The translations under genes were made by a program, and so were the position numbers. From assembly GCA_036172245.1 (NCBI GenBank), contig JAYWIR010000008.1, forward strand, positions 124,001 to 188,000: a DNA stretch of 64,000 bases. The letters are read 5' to 3'. Of this stretch, positions 39,105-53,500 are shown piece after piece; position 1 is the stretch's first letter, and the number at the start of each line of letters is the position of its first letter. The DNA comes from Raillietiella orientalis (lineage: Eukaryota). Below the pieces are notes generated by a model. It had not been told where the DNA came from, did no database searches, and was given only the letters and a program-made list of their open reading frames with translations.

Positions 39105-42100
39105 TTCTTACTTTTCATTCAATTTTACAGTCTAAATCATTCACATTTCTTTGTAGAACATAGAGCAACTAGGAATGTGTTATTGAGTTAAATGACACAT
39201 TTCCAAAAATCAATTATTTTGGGAGTCATCAGCACATTCCTCCATCAAATCATGTGAATCATTCTTATTTTTTATTTTTATTCCTTTGAAGCACTAATAA
39301 CATAATTTTCAAAAAAGAAATTTCAAAATTTGCAAAGGCAGATCTAGAAAGCACAAATAGGGCTAAATAAGAATCACTCAAAGGCTATTTCAATAACAAT
39401 TAAAATCAAATGGAACACTTTGGCAATGTCGATTTAATTGTTGGTTTCTATACAATACATGCAGTTGACATGTCTATTCATTTACATCACTTAATTTTAG
39501 GGTTTATTATTTACTGGATTCAAGATAATCAAATTGAATCTTCAACACTTATTCATGCAGAAGCCTTACCACCTAGGTTGCCTTCATTAATCCTCATTTG
39601 TGGAATAAATTACTACACAAATTGTTTAGCATGCTGGGACAAAGTAGAAAACATCAAATCACCATTACTATGGGCATATAAAGTAAACTTTTATATTACA
39701 ATCTAATTAAGATCTGTTATTCTGTTATTAATCAAAGGTTTTGGTCTTTCTCTTAATGATGGAAGTCATTCTATATCTTATTTGGTATCCCTTCCATATT
39801 TTAATTTATGAAATCGCAATATATTCATGGTCCTTGGTGAGTACAGTCATTTTGAATTTTAGAAATAAATTGAAAAACAAAACAAAACAAAACAAACAAA
39901 ATCTATCCACATAAAAAAGTAACTTAAATAGCTTTTGCAACTATAATGATAAATAAAAAATAATAAACCTGGTGATGCTTGCCTTAATTATTTCTTAGAA
40001 AAATGTAGTATGAACAACTCAGGGTATGGAAACATGTCACAGAATCCAAAGAGTTTGCTAAATAGCGTAAATGAGATGCAACTCTAATGTACACATTTTA
40101 TGTTCATGCTACGTATTTCATAAAATCTTAATTATTGGAAATAAAATAATGAATTCCTATGGGCTGTTATTTAACAATAAGCATTCAAAACACTATTAAG
40201 ATATTTGGCATTTATTGAATAACCATGTAAATTTGGTTGACCCAACATACAGCTTGCCAAGTGTGATAAAATGAATCAAGAGTCCAAGGCTAACATAAAT
40301 CACACACTTATGTAACATACTATTACATCAATGCCAATGTGGCACTGTGATAAAAGAAATAACGGAACTTAAACCTCAAAACTTGGTCAACAAAAGTCAG
40401 TTGGCATGTCCATAAATTAAATAACTTTCGATAGCGATAGTCCCTCCCAATAAGTACAACTTCTTATTTGTAAACACAAAATATGTGAGTAATTCTACTG
40501 TCTGAATGAGGGTTTTGCTTGATGAAATCTACACACGGAAAGAGGAAGTGGCTCAAGCACTAAAAACTCTAATTTTTCCCTGAGAGGCCAATGTTTCAAC
40601 TACATGCACAAGGCAGTGAACATTTACGTATGAACGTTAAAAACCAACATTTCCATAAATATTTGTGGTAATATGCGTATATATAATTCAAATTCAATTT
40701 CCTTAAACATTTTAACGCTTGGACATATCTCTGCGAAAATCAAATGCTCAAGATAAATGGATATAATATGCTACTCGGGCTCAAACACGTGTTAAGAAAA
40801 ACATACCTGATCAAAAAACAACACCAAAGGAGAAATATGATTCAAGTGATTTTTGAAATCTGTGGAATAATTCTGTTTAATATAGTCATTAATTCAAGAA
40901 ATTGCTTTTCATAAATGACTAAAGGGTGATTTTAGTACTTGTGGGCATTTTTTGAGCCTTCGACGAAAATGGCTTTGTTAGAAAGTGTCAAACAAATGTT
41001 CCCTTTTTATATGACTACAAAAACGGAAGGTCAATTGTGCTGGAACGTGATACAACCGTTATTAAGTACTTTGGCATTAGTATTATTGTTCTATGAAGCA
41101 GAACGTCATGCAAATTTATTTCAATGTCTATCCACGAGGTAATAAGTGAACGAATGGAATTCACTGATTTTACTTTTAGTTTTGATAGCAAATTATGTGA
41201 TAACAAAAAGATTCCTGAGCAAAACACACAAAGAATGGAGGCTAAACGAAACAACCTTGGCAAGGGACCATTACTATCAATTTTTCTGTCCGGTAATGGC
41301 TGAATTATGAAAGTCAACTCTTGAAAGCTTTACTGAATTCTTCAATAATGAAACAAGATAACATGAGAAAAAAAAAAAAAAATTGGATCAAGTGTGTGAC
41401 TAACTTAATGGAAACAATGAATCTCACTCAAGTCTAAACACTGATTTGAGTATTTTGGTTTGCTATTCTCATGGATTTGTTTAACGATAGCTGTTGCGAC
41501 TTAAAAGAGGGGAACTGATGCTTAGCTCCTCCACATGGATGCATTTCACCAAACTTGTATCCTTTCCTGCTATCCTATGCAACGTTTCCGGCACCAAATC
41601 GCGGCCATAATTCACTGGGGGACCCCATAAATTGCATTCTTTTCGTGGGGACAAGCATACTTGACACAGCAAACAGCTTTCAAACACATACTTGAAACTG
41701 TGCAACTCGAGCAAACGAAGCAAAAATCGAGAATTTATCCACACTCTCGTTGATATGTGCGCATTATTACCATGCATGCATTCCTTATGGCTAAAATGCA
41801 TAACAATTCACTTCTTTTCTTTTCTTTCTTTCTTTCTCCTCCAAAGTTTTGGCATCTTGATTTCGGACTTTTGAACTATATAGGCTATGCCATCGAAATG
41901 CAGCCCATACCGGATTGGGGACAGGAATCATCTCAGCATTTGAATTCGAAATTCATAGTACGAAAAAATAAAATAAATAACTGAGCTTGTTACTCGAATC
42001 ACATGATATGGAAGGGTGCATTCTAAATATACATGTTGCACGCGCTCATTCACCTCATATGTTAGGGAATGAGCCAACTTCACGTTCTGGTTGGCCAACC

Positions 42101-44538
42101 TTAGGCTGCTCATCGCCGCTTGTCACACCTATGTGCATCTTTTTTTTTTTCTTCCTCACGTCCGTTTTGTTTTTCCTTTTTCTTTTCTTCTTCTTCTTTC
42201 CTTTTTTTTTGGTTCTTCCTTCCTAACCACGACGAAGAGGAACAGCACAGCTCTGCAGAAGGATTTCACTCCCGAGTCTTCACGATTCATGAATCTCTTC
42301 CGTTTAACGAATACTGAAAGTCGGCAACCATTGCAGTGAGATGGTGGCCAAAAAAAAAAAAAAAAGAAATACTTTTCGAACTGCTCGTGAACATTTTCCA
42401 TTCTTCACGACAGTAAATTTACCAAAGCCTCTGGAAAAAAAAAAAAAAGAAAAAAAAACTTGAGACGGAAACTCGAGACTGTGTGTGTAACACAAGTACG
42501 TAATACCAAAGACGAAAAAAAATACCACGAGGCAAAACTGCATTTACAAATTGAGCTGCAGATTAACTTACAGGTGGTTTATTTATGTTGTGGAAATTGT
42601 AAAAATTCTTGCAACTGTATTATTCTTTAACGTAAACGCATTCCGATTAATAGAAAAGATAAAGATGAATCAAAGTGGCCCGAAAGACTTAAAATGAGAT
42701 TTTTCATTCCTTAATATTTGAATAGCAGTAGTGATTCTATTGTTTATCTAATCAAACAAGTTCAGAATCACAAGTGCGGGATAAAAAGTATTAGTAGATT
42801 CTTCTAGTCCCGTATTCGTCACCGATTACGATGAAGTCCCCAGGATCCCTCCTTTTTGCAAACAAACATCAGTGCACTATCACATGACCAACCGAATGTG
42901 GTGAAAACCTGCTGACGGCAGTTGATGCCAAGTGGGAGGTGGTTATGCACCGTGCATTCTTTTCCACCAGCATCAGATAGTATACTTGGAAGTGACACAT
43001 TGGATGGAGTCTTTACTAGTTTGACATTTCGAGAGTTGTATCTACATGTGGCTGTTTGAAACCGTATAATCTTAAGTGGAGGGGTTTATGTATGGTTGCC
43101 GGATGCATTTAGTTAATAATGATTCGCTGTAACACGAGTTTTTGCTTTTTTTAATCCTTTCTAAATACATCTCTTTTAAAGGATTTGTAACGGCAGCTTT
43201 TCATCGAGAGAGAGAAGGGGGTGGGGCACTCCTTTTCATCACTTTTGATGATTTGCTCCAGGACCAATTTCGGAATTTACTGAATATTGAAATCCCGGTT
43301 CTTCTTATTCAAGTAAAGGTTTCGTAAAGGTTCATCTGGATATGGGTAGCTGATTTGTTTGATTTGTGTGCTTCCCTGTGTTCACATATGCAAAACGAGA
43401 CTTTTTAAACGTTAAGAAGCCCTTCTGTTCTTTCCTTTGAAATCTAACTCATTTAAGGTGGATTCTTTTCATCTAGAGGTGTTGAACGCCTCCTTCTCCT
43501 TAACTAGGAATAGTGTCGACAAAAATACCGCCAACAGGGTTTTGAGGAAGTCAATAAGCCTCAGAGTATTCTCTTTAATAATGATAATGATGTATAAGGG
43601 TTTATATTAAAGATAAATCGTTAATCTGATATGCATAATTGTTAACTGTATCAATTTCATACTGGTGGTTTTTCATTATATGTGAATTCTTTGCAGTCTA
43701 AAGAGCAAATCTTTTTCCCACCCATATCCAAGTCTTACTGAAATTCCTACACATAGAATAAACTTGGTTCTGTATCCAGTGCCATGTGTTTCCTCATAAC
43801 AAGTTTGCAAAACTTTTGCTTGCCAAAGTAAGCACCTCGGAAAAAGCATCTTGTGCATGGAGTTCTCGTGACACTTAAGCTGCACTAAAAGCAAAACACA
43901 TGTTACAGTGGGTGAGTGGATCCACTTTATTTTCACAATGTTATATAAGAAAAAAGGCTTTTGTTGAACACCTGGATGAAAGAGAGCCTGATGTGAAGGG
44001 AAGGGTTATTAACGAGGTTTCTTCCATAATACGATTTGAACCTTAGATAGGCAAAACAGCGCAGACGCACTCCCAACAACTGCCGACCAGGGAGAGTCTA
44101 TGCAGGTATCTACAAGAATGGGAATTGCTTAAGAGTCGGCTTAACGATATCATCTGGTAATAGAAGACAAAAAAGGGTAGCATCATGTAAAAGACAAATA
44201 GTAGTATGACGAATGACTAAACGAAGCATCTCTGCATTCCTATGGATCGCTCACGAGCAGAATTCGGTGAAAAGAGCTTGAGAAATATAGATGCTGAGAT
44301 GTCATGCTCTCTGAATACGAACTACGGGCACATCGAGAAATCGCCCGATGATGCCAACTCGCACACACCTCTCCTTCAAAGTGAGGATCGCACCACTCTC
44401 CTGAAGGATTTTGGAGAGTTCCTCGTGCCATTCTCTGGAGGCCATTTTTTGTCGAAAAGCTTCGCCCAGTCGCGCTCGGCAAGTGGCTGTTTTTCTGCCA
44501 CGGTGTGGATCGAAACGGAGGCTTTGGGCGAGGTGCAC

Positions 44539-47500
44539 TTATCCAGAGACGAAGACAGTGTCCGGATTCAACCGATGGCCGTTCCTATCACAAGACTGCA
44601 GATGCTGCTCGGTTGCACTGATTCCGGACTGGATCTTCTCCAGCTGAAGCTTCAAGTCTTCGATTTTACGCTGATACTGCAACGACAGAACAACAAGCGC
44701 GATGTCTTTCAAGCCCGCGGACGCGCTCACGTATTCGATCCTGGATTCCGCATCCCAGGAATACTGGAACACTTCCGATTCGGAATCCGAAGTGGAATCA
44801 CACTCGTGAAATTTGCTCCTGAGGATTCCCTGCTTCCGGTGGCTATGAGGGTACCGGGCGATCGACTGCATGCTGCAGTGTGGGTTAGTTCTGGGCGCAG
44901 CTTTCAATCGAATAGGGCGTTCGATGCAGGGGCTATCTGCGCTCCTGCCGCTGTCTGACGAAGCCGATGCCACAGGCACTTGGATGGGCAACAGGTCGGG
45001 AGAGCGGTACACTGGATTGTTGAACACCAAAGGTATTCTTTGCACTGGGCTCGAATCGTACGTGGCGAAACTCTGATACCCGGAGGAGGGCTGGGAGACG
45101 GACAGCTGGCTACCGTGCGTACCGTTTTCTATGTAGCGCAAGAATTCGTCGAGTCTCCGGTACTTGGAATTCTGCATCACGGAAACGTTTTCTCCGTTCA
45201 AGTTCAAGCAGGCGTTCCAAGGGAGGGTCGCCGACTTCCTCTGCAGCGGAAGGCACTGGAAACTGCCGACGTCCGCGGGGGCGGCGTCCACTCGGAAACT
45301 GGAAGAAGCCCCGTGTTTTTCCGGGACCTTGCATATTTCCGGGATCCCATGGATGATCGCTTGCAGGCATATCAGTTCGTGAGACTGAAAGGAGGGAGGG
45401 GAGATTCGAGGCGTTCGCCCTGAAGTCGGCTCCCCTTTCCTTCTCTTGTTACCTTGCAAACGACTTTGCTCAGAAGATCGGCGAGCACTTGATGAGCAAT
45501 AGACAGCTCTTTGCCCAAGTCGATCCGGGAATCCGTCCTATTAGGGGGGCGGTCAAGGTTCTGAGGAACCTGCAAAGTCTGCTTGTTATTAGTGCCCGAG
45601 ACACTCTCGGGAGGAGAGAGAGAGACAGAGGAATGTGCGTCTTTCATACCGAAATCTGAAAGAGAAAACTCCTCATCGACTCCGATTCGCGCTCGACGAA
45701 CAGGTTCAGGAACTCCATGAAATTCTCCTTCCCCTCAAAGCGCACAAAGTTTGCCAAAGTTTGCAAAGTTTTGGCGACCAAGGTCAGACTGCGCAAGGTC
45801 TTGTCGCTGGGGTACTCTTCAGGGAGGAAGCAGCCACCGAAGCGGCGTAAGACGCACGGAGCTCCCACGAGCTCTCGGCTCTCACCTTTCGTAAGCTTGA
45901 AGAGCGACGGCGACAAGATAGCCGGGCAAAAAAATCTAAGAAAAATGGACGCGCTGATCACTTTGTCTGGAAGCAATGGTTTCCCTAATATGGTCAGCCG
46001 GTCACGAATAGTGGCGAAGCAGGATCGGATCTCACTGCCGATACCAGATTTAGTTCTGAGAGGACCGAGATGACACTTACTTCGGGAAGATCGGGTACGA
46101 GTCCAGTATTTTACGCCATATTGTCTTCACGGTGTTCTGCAGGTTGCGCTGGTTGCGCTTCAACAAGGCGCGCGACACCACCTTCGCAGGGTCAACCTCG
46201 CAATCCGCCGGCGACGCCAGGTAGTCGCGGATGATGTCTCCCAGCGTCTGCTGGAGGTACTGCTCTCCCACCAAGCGCATGTACACCTCCATGGCTTTCG
46301 TTGCGAGGGAATTCGCTCTGAATATCACGTGACCGTCGTCTGCTCGCGACCGTCCTGGCTAGAGCGGGGGCGGGTCAACGGCTCCGCGAATAGCTACCCT
46401 TCAGCTCCATCTTCTGCACCTCCATGACTACCAGATCCGCGATGAAGACGATGCTTTTCTTCTGGTGGTGCATGATCCGCGTGAGGCAGTCCGACAGCTG
46501 CTCCTTCGATTTGACTGCTAGGGCGGGCTCCACCAGATCACACACTGCTTGGTAACCCGTTGTTAAGTACTGAAATTCAAACACGACCAGGGTCACAAAC
46601 ACACAAAAATCAGGATTCCCGGAAAAGACAACTGAAACTGGCGTTGCGAGTTTCGCTCGTTTCGGCAGAGAGATAAGAGGGAAGGGGGAGGGGGGGGGGG
46701 AGAAGAAGGGAGGAGAATGAAAAACCGAATTTCAGCTTTCGCGCTGTTCCTTCTCATTGCATTTCTCTAGGGCTGCTCATCAGGAGGCGCTGAGTTCTTC
46801 CAGAGCAGCGCTGCTTGCGGCGGAAGAACGGCGCGGTGGCAGCGCGCGCCCTAAAGGTGGACGCGCGCTACTCGAAAGTGCGGTTAGCACTGCGACCAGA
46901 CGATCCCTCGGAGCAGCAGCGCGATTCGGGAACGGGGGGCACGTGCGACGGTTCGCAAAGCCTCCGGCGCGAGGGGCGCGCGTGCCACGCCGCCGTGACT
47001 CGCGCACCGTCATCCCCTGTGCCGTCCGGATAGCGCCGCGGGCCTCTCCCGGGAGAGCTCGCTCCTCAAGAGTCATGCACCCCACCACCCCATGCGCGCC
47101 TCTCAGAAAGTTCAGAGATCCTTCCGCATTCCCCCCCCCCCTCCCCCCCTTCTAGCGCACAGCCAAGGGGCCCGGGTTTCCTTCCCCCCAAGCGGTTTCG
47201 CGAACGGTTCGAGCGCGGCTCGGAAGTTCGCGCCCACGGACAAGGGGAGGATCCTCCCCCTGTGGTCAGCGCCACGAAGCCTCGTTAATCGAGCTCCGCA
47301 AGAGATCAAACAACGTTGCGGAGCAGAGCCCGGCTTCTAGGATCGCCCATTTCATGCTTGATGACCAATTCCGTTAAGAGGACGAGCCTGTTTTCCACGG
47401 AATGATGGCCGGCACCGCCATTAAGGTATTCAGGCGGAGGGGACCAAATTACCGTACCTTCCTGTTAATCACTCTATTGCGAAGGCATTCCGGGGTTCAT

Positions 47501-50500
47501 CTTTGGTTTCGTACAGCTTTCGTCCCCCCCCTCCCTCCTTCCTTCCCTTTCGATTGATTATTGCGCGCATCTAGTCCGACAGCTGACAGCTTACTTTCTA
47601 CTTGACGGGACCCGGTTGGTAACAAAAGTAGAAGACTTTTGTTTGCTCTCCGTCAGCGCTGGTTCCAAAGTTCGTTCCGCAACCGACGGACGATCCCCGC
47701 AGCCTGGATTCCCACAGGCCTCGCCGAGGAAGGCGCGCGTTTCGGGACCCGAAACGGCGGCCCTCCGCCGGGAATGCTAACACCAAGGGAAACGCCAGGA
47801 AATCCGAGTGTGCCGCACGTGTTTTATCGAGCTGGTGATCCCGAGACACACACACACACACAAACGCCATTCGTCCGGGCTAACCGCGTGCCTGCCCTCC
47901 TGAAATGCCAGGAGCCGCCGTGTCTCAGGCATTCTCATGTGCTCGTGACACGCAAGTTGCTGAGCCCTCCTCTCTGGAATCTTCCAGAGTGGTGATGAAA
48001 CCCTCTTGAGTTCTTCTGTCTTCGCTGCTTTTTCCTTCCAGCTTTTTTTTTTTTGTTCCGGGTTTCCCCCCCCCCCCTTTTTTTTTTGAAGGTGAGGTGG
48101 AGGAGTCTTCACGTGCTGAGTAACCGTTCGCCTCCTTTTTCAGGGGGGTGGGGGGTGACGGAGGGGATCACGAAGCTCTTAAACGCCCCCGAGGGTTTAA
48201 ATTATAGGCGGATACCCCGGTGTGGGACCACCTTATGGATCCAGGAAAGGAATCCGATGCTTTTACGCCTGGGGAGGGATGTCCGAAAGGAACCCTCCTC
48301 CTTATTCTCTCAGGAGGGTCCCGCCGCAAGGGAATCGCTTCTGGTTTTCCTCCTCTGAAGAGAAACCCCAAGGGATGCCTCCTTGATTCCTAGAAGGACC
48401 CGGAAAGTCTATTCCGGCCAGTGAACGGGGGGTGGGCATATCCGGCTTCTACCAGTGCAGTCGCACTTGAAGCGCGCGGACCAGCCAGGGGTCGTCCAGC
48501 GGGACGACCCTCGACGTTAGGAGGTTCTCTGGAACCTTCCACGAACCGTGCGGCCTGGCCGCGAGCTGGATCGGCGGGCGTGTCTCGGGCAAAAGCTAAA
48601 ACGGTATCCACGGATAGAAAAAAAAAAAACGAAAGGGTTCGACCGACCCCATCCGGAAACACTGGAATAGGTCCAGGAACGATCCAGGAACGCTCTTCCT
48701 CGAGTCGCGGATCTACGTAAACGCGGAAGGGCGTGAGTTTCAGGGTGAAAGACGCAGACTTGAAGAGCTCGGGGCGGCCAACTTCAAAGGGACCTCGCTC
48801 GGAACTTCGCCAAAGGTTCCCTTGTTTCGAGCTCGTTTCGAGGGAACGCGATTGTTCTTCTCCTGAACACGCGAGAGCGACTGCAAGGATAAACAAGAGT
48901 GAGGCCAGAGGGCGACAGAAGCATCCAAGGAAACGCAGATGCTTCTGGGGCCTTCTTTGCTGCCCTAGGTAACGACGGCGATGCTTCTCGAGGAGAGTCA
49001 ACGGAAAAGAGTCGCTGGATGATCCTCATCACCTGGACTGGTTCGGGTTTTAAATAGCTTAGATGGTCCTGAGATCGAACTTTGCAAAGAAGTCTGAAAA
49101 TAGAACGGGATGAAAGTCAGGTGCCAAGCGGAGCAAACAAACGACGGCGAGGACGCATGCGCAACAGGGCGTCGGCGACGGAGCACCACCACCATGCCTG
49201 CCTGCGTGAGGCAGATTGGGGAGGTGGGGGGGGGGGGGGGGGGGACCTCCGAACGTGCCGTGCGCCTTCGCCGTCAGCAGCAGCGGCTCAAACGTTCCGT
49301 GCGAACTGAGGGAGAGTGCGGCACGAAACGTGCGGAACTTCAAAGGCAGCAGCCAGGTGGCAGCACGGCTCAACGAAAGAATGTCGCCGATGAGCTCTCT
49401 TCCAGGGGCTGGGGAGAGTCGTCACTTGAAACGCCTGACGAAATCGCGCCACTTTGGTGCGTCGCTGGCGGCATCACTTGACGTGAAGCTGTGATGCGTT
49501 CCGCTTTGGTTCGCAAAAAAAAACAATCCGCCAGGTCGCGAACAGGCGAAAGACAAAGCGAAACGAAAACCCAAGTGGTCGACGGCCAATTCGCCGTGCT
49601 TGTTTCAAGGATCGAGATGACGATGATAATCAAAAGTGGCGTGGAACCTCCTTCCCAAGTTTTTCTAGCATGCGAGCCATAATCCATAAAGCGCATCGAT
49701 CCCCTCCCCCCCACTTGGCGACAAGAGCAAATCGTTCAGCTCCCAAGCCACGGACCAATCTGCCGGCCGACTCACAGCCGCCATGTGCACCTAGAAAGAC
49801 CACTTTTCGAATCCACCTTACTCCCATCTCCCCAGCTACATAATCGTGGCTTCCACTCCTTCATCCCGCCTCCCTTCCAGTACAGCCCTGCTCCCCAACC
49901 CTCTCTCCCTTTTCTACTGGCGCCGTGCGCGGGAGGAATTCGGTCTCGAGGAAACCTGGCATTCCTGCCACTCTGCCACATCCTTCTGCTCGCCCCGCCT
50001 CATTCTCCCTCCAGCTCGCACTCGATCACCCGGGAACCCCTGCTCCCCCGATGAGGGTGGGCGAGAGCCGACCCCACCTGCGAGGAGGGAGCAGGCGACA
50101 GGAAGAGCTGGGAAGGGCGCTTAGGGGGACACTACCGACTACGTAAGAGGCGACAGAAGGAGAGGTTCAAAGGACCGATTAAGGAGACAGGAAGCACGGC
50201 GGTGTCCGCCGCCGCTGGCGCATTTGCGGAAGGAACGGGAGCAGCAAGCGCAGCGGGGGTGCCTAGGTGCGCTTGGCGACCTCCTTCCGCGCGTGCGCTC
50301 GGCCGAAAGCCCTAAGGCCGAAAGCGCCGGACTGCTCCACCGGGTCGAGGGGGCACCGCCAGTCGGTCTGCAGAAGCACCACCTGGCGTCACGCCGGGAA
50401 CGATCGCGCCGAACCAGTCCGAACATATCAGGAGCGCGCAGGTGCGCAGTAGAACCGTGGTGGAGGCAGCAGCAGCTCACCGCCGCCAGCGTGCATGCGC

Positions 50501-53500
50501 GCGCCGCGGCGCTGGGGACGACAGCGCACGCCGGAGTAGGAGCAGCTTCCCCCTCCTCCCCCCCCCTTCCCCTTTCCGGAAGGGCAGGTATCTCCCCTGC
50601 ACAGAGTCGCGCAACCAGGCACAGTCTTGTTCGACGACGCCCTGCTTCCGTCCTGCGGTATCCTTCGTCTCTGCTGCCAACAGCCTTTCGAAGGGCACGG
50701 CAAAGTGGAGAGCGGACGGGAGCGAGGGGGGAGGAGGGGGGAGGTTCTGGGGGTCGAGCGAAGAGCTCGTGGCAAGGATAAACTCGAGCGTCCAGAAGGA
50801 GCTGCCACTACTCGGCAGCGCTCAGGGTCAGCACCCCAGGCTCACGTGTGCAGTTGTAGGGCACCGTGAAGCTGCGGGTGCTCGGACGAGCCGTCGTCCT
50901 CTTCGTTTCCAGGGAGAGCAAAAGTTTCGCGTCCCCTCGCCAGCTGAGGGCGGGCCATAGCTGGTCCCACCTGCTAGGAGGGAACAGGCAACGATGGGAG
51001 CTGGGAAATGCGCTTTGTGGGGACGGGGGGCGGCGAGAGGAGCTTTTCAGCGGGAAGGAGAAGACGACGACGACGGCGAACAGACCGAGCCGTTTTTCGA
51101 CTGTCTGCGTTACGCAAGCAACGGGAAGGCACAGCAAGGGGCTCAGGAAGGGGTGGGCGGGGCGGGTGAGGAAAGAGTCGGGAATTCACGAAAAAAAAAA
51201 AAGGCGACTATCCTCTTCGAGAGGTGCAGGAGAAATGACGGCATGCCCTCCGTGGCATCGGAGCAACGAATTTGCTCCTCCAGAAAACCAGTCCCCTGTT
51301 CCTCTTCCTCCACCCCCCCCCCCCAACTCCAGCCTTACCTCTACCCATCGGAAAGGAAAAATCACCCTTGGGCGAATGGATCGGCTCGCGTGTCGCTTTC
51401 CGGAAGCACGCAAAGACACGCGAGCTCGTGCGCGCGGCACACGTGGGTGGAACGAAGCGATATCGGCTTCTGACCTGCGGCGCTCGTTCCTCCAAAATTA
51501 CGGGGGGTTCGGGTGGAGGCTGGAAGGGCGGCGGCGCGACGGTGCGCGCGGGAGCAATCCACGAAGCGCGCGCGGTGCGGGCATGTGCCGCGAAAAGCCG
51601 GCCTTTTTGGCTGGTGGGCGCGCGGATTCCACGATCCGCTTTCGGATCCCCACTTGGGACCCCCAGCCACTCCCGGACCGGGGAGACCGGTCAGGGGGAG
51701 GAAAGGGGCAACGTCTGCACGACGAGCAGCACGCGAAGGCGAGGCGAAGTGGCAACGGGTAAGAAATCGAGAAAAGGCAGGCGGGCAAAGAGAAATGGAA
51801 CGAGGATAGCTTCCGACTACGTTTCCGCAGTAACCGGTTGTTGCCACCAGGTGCGCTCAACCAACCCGTTGTGATTGGGAAGGGGGATGAGGCATCTTTA
51901 GGAAGGGAAGTCTTGTGCTTCACTACGATTAGCAACGGGAGTTCTCCGTTCCGGTTCGGTTCCCGTGAAGACAAATTGAGGAACGGCTCTGTCCCGGAGG
52001 CTGGGCATGCGGAGGGCTAGATGCTCGAGTGTATCCGTTTTCAGGGTCTCCAGCAGGTGAATCGTCAGACACACACACACACACACACACACACTCTAGC
52101 GGTTTCCCGCTTCTATAGGAACCACACAGTTCGCCACCATCCGGACCGGGCGCACTTCGCCATCGCATCCGGTGTACGGAAAGAGGACTGCGGGAGATGA
52201 TGCCTGGAATCGACAAAAAGAAGAGCTGCTGCGTGTGTGTGTGTGGGGGGGAGGGGGAGGTTCGAGACAACCTCGTCGCATGGTGGAGAGGATCAAGCGA
52301 ACAAAAAAAAAAAAAATTCAGGCCGCTTCGAGGCTAAGCCCGCCAAGTGGAGTACAACGCGGTTCGCGCGCCGCTCGTTTTCCGAGCGACAACGACAAGG
52401 AGAAGAAAGGATGGAAGCAAACGAACCAAATGCCATGGGGAAGAGGGACCTGAAGCTCTCCGTGCAGGGGCGTTCGCGGAGCCGCGCCCGCAGCACCAAG
52501 GCGACAGAGTCCCAGCCGGCGGAAGGTAATATCTCGAAAGGGAAGCGGAATCTGAGGTCTGCAAAGAAGAAAATCGGCCGATCCGTGGCAGCACACGTCC
52601 AGTGAGAACGCAAAACACAGAGGAAAACACCCTAGCAACGGGAGGTTCTCGAGCGGATGACCACCCGGGGGAGTAACCGGACCCGACCCGCTTAACGTCT
52701 CCTATCTGGCAAGAGGAGGCGCAGTCAGCTCGGTATAACGCCGTGGAAGCGATGAGGACGCGAGGGGATAAGGGGAGCTTTCCAGAAAATTCCACCGATG
52801 GAAAGGAGGACGCGCAAAAGGCGGGTTCAAAGACGTCAACCGGCATCCGCAAAAGGGAGTCCCCTGACGGCGACCGCTTGGGCGACAAATTGTCGAGAGG
52901 GAGCGACGCTTCCCAGGACTGGGGTGAACAGCACAAGAGCCCCTTCGACCTCTCCTCACCGGTGGTGGTCTCGACTCGTTCGCTCACGGGACAATAGCTC
53001 GGTGTCGCGCAGGCGCTCTCGTGCGACGGTCAGGTGCGCACGCGCAGCTGCATGGGATTCGCCGCGCAGGTCCTGGACCACGGGAGGCTCTTACCTGCCT
53101 ACCCCACGCGGTTTTGCAGGAAGTACGCGAAAATGTCAAGGCGTGTCCCAAATTCAGGGAGCCGATCGGATGGAAGCTAAGCGGGCCGGGCACGCGCGCG
53201 CGCGCGCACGCCCCAGTCAAAAGGTCATTTCTGGAGTTCACCGAGAGTACCCCCGGCAGCTTTTCCTCTACCGCCCACTTTCTTTCCCTTTTTGCGACGC
53301 CACTACTTTGGTGAGCTTTGCGCAGGGGCAACATCACGGTCGGGGACGGAAGCGGGAGATGTGGTTACTGCTAAGGGAAAACAATTCGCGAAAAGCTGGC
53401 TCGTCGTCAACGTCCACAGAACTTTCCGCTGGCTCAGAACCCAGAAGAACAAACACACGCAAAAAATGACTTTCTTTTTTTCCTGTCTTTTTCTTTTTTT

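Noticed and set aside
43110..43330. SFKGFVTAAFHREREGGGALLFI, reminiscent of a LINE apurinic-endonuclease motif
   Set aside because: Only one short motif, with no further endonuclease or RT motifs recognisable; insufficient without a profile search.
48700..49100. Possible alternative internal first exon of the RasGAP ([13 protein letters not shown]...)
   Set aside because: No homology recognised and no convincing in-frame donor to the 46569 exon.
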